In this document: piece by piece, positions 48,557 through 49,083 of the stretch
How positions within the stretch are numbered: the first letter of the stretch is position 1
Layout: every line of letters begins with the position of its first letter
Assembly (NCBI GenBank): GCA_902767235.1
Contig: CACXGR010000262.1
Span: 1 to 49,083, forward strand
Direction of reading: 5' to 3'
DNA: 49,083 bases
Source of the DNA: an uncultured Lachnospiraceae bacterium
Lineage (GTDB): Bacteria; Bacillota; Clostridia; Lachnospirales; Lachnospiraceae
Program-made: the position numbers and the translations under genes
Notes under the pieces: generated by a model
The model's input: only the letters and a program-made list of their open reading frames with translations
Databases searched by the model: none
Told to the model about the DNA's origin: nothing

Positions 48557-49063
48557 ATGAGCATACAGCAGACCGTAAGTCCCACCCGCTATATCGGGAG
48601 AGGAAAACCCAGAAGGACCAGAAAAGACATAGATCTGTTTCATTGCAGCGTTTGCGGCGGATACCTCACGGGATGGCAGAATACAGATGCCTCCCCCTGC
48701 TGCTGCGGACAGGAAATGGAACGAGTTTCCTTTGTGCCCAATGAGGAGCTGGACCCTTCCGTGCAGATCGATTACAAGATCCGCGGAAGTCTCAACAACA
48801 ACTGCATAGTCGTCACATGGGGGAAAGTCAAACCGGTCTGGATCATGCTGGAATCCTTTCGCGGATCACAATTCTTCTATGTGGAGAGCTCCTTCAAGGA
48901 AGTGTTTGCGCTGGCTGGGACCGATGCGTATGCGTACTGCGACAAAGATCCCTGCAAGGAATGTTCCTTCCGCTGCAAGAGAGGGTTCGCGATCTATGCG
49001 AATTTGCCGGGGATCGGGATCGTGAAGCGGGAAGTGGACCGAATCTCGACAGACAAAGGATGA
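48557..49063 (+). CDS. Cys-rich protein with a desulforedoxin-like domain
   Basis: FHCSVCG...PCCCGQEM matches the desulforedoxin CxxC...CCG pattern; C-terminal YAYCDKDPCKECSFRC; RBS GGAGG. Confidence 0.65.
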   Translation: MSIQQTVSPTRYIGRGKPRRTRKDIDLFHCSVCGGYLTGWQNTDASPCCCGQEMERVSFVPNEELDPSVQIDYKIRGSLNNNCIVVTWGKVKPVWIMLESFRGSQFFYVESSFKEVFALAGTDAYAYCDKDPCKECSFRCKRGFAIYANLPGIGIVKREVDRISTDKG

Positions 49064-49083
49064 TGGCAGACCTCTGAGAGGAC

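Overview
Gene-dense, GC-rich bacterial chromosome segment, mostly on the + strand. Gene content and order suggest an anaerobic Clostridia/Lachnospiraceae-like firmicute (inference). The standout is an apparent operon at about 1-12,089. It joins three metallocofactor toolkits that are normally separate: [NiFe]-hydrogenase Fe(CN)2CO synthesis genes (hypF-hypC-hypD-hypE), a nitrogenase-like reductase (a NifH domain fused to a component-1 subunit, plus a second component-1 subunit), and [FeFe]-hydrogenase maturation genes (TM1266-family protein, hydF, hydE), ending in fumC. No hydG, hypA/hypB or hydrogenase structural gene is visible in the window, although the region upstream of hypF is not shown. 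The rest is largely housekeeping: a polar amino-acid ABC transporter, hisC, dapF, azlCD, valS-folC, an MBOAT + SGNH O-acylation pair, pyrF-pyrE, purE-M-N-D, an SH3b protein with a very acidic tail, and GntR-clpC-radA. It ends with an acyl-CoA dehydrogenase/CoA-ligase cluster and an unusual desulforedoxin-domain protein. No rRNA, tRNA, CRISPR array or mobile element was recognised. All calls come from motif recognition by eye; no database searches were run.
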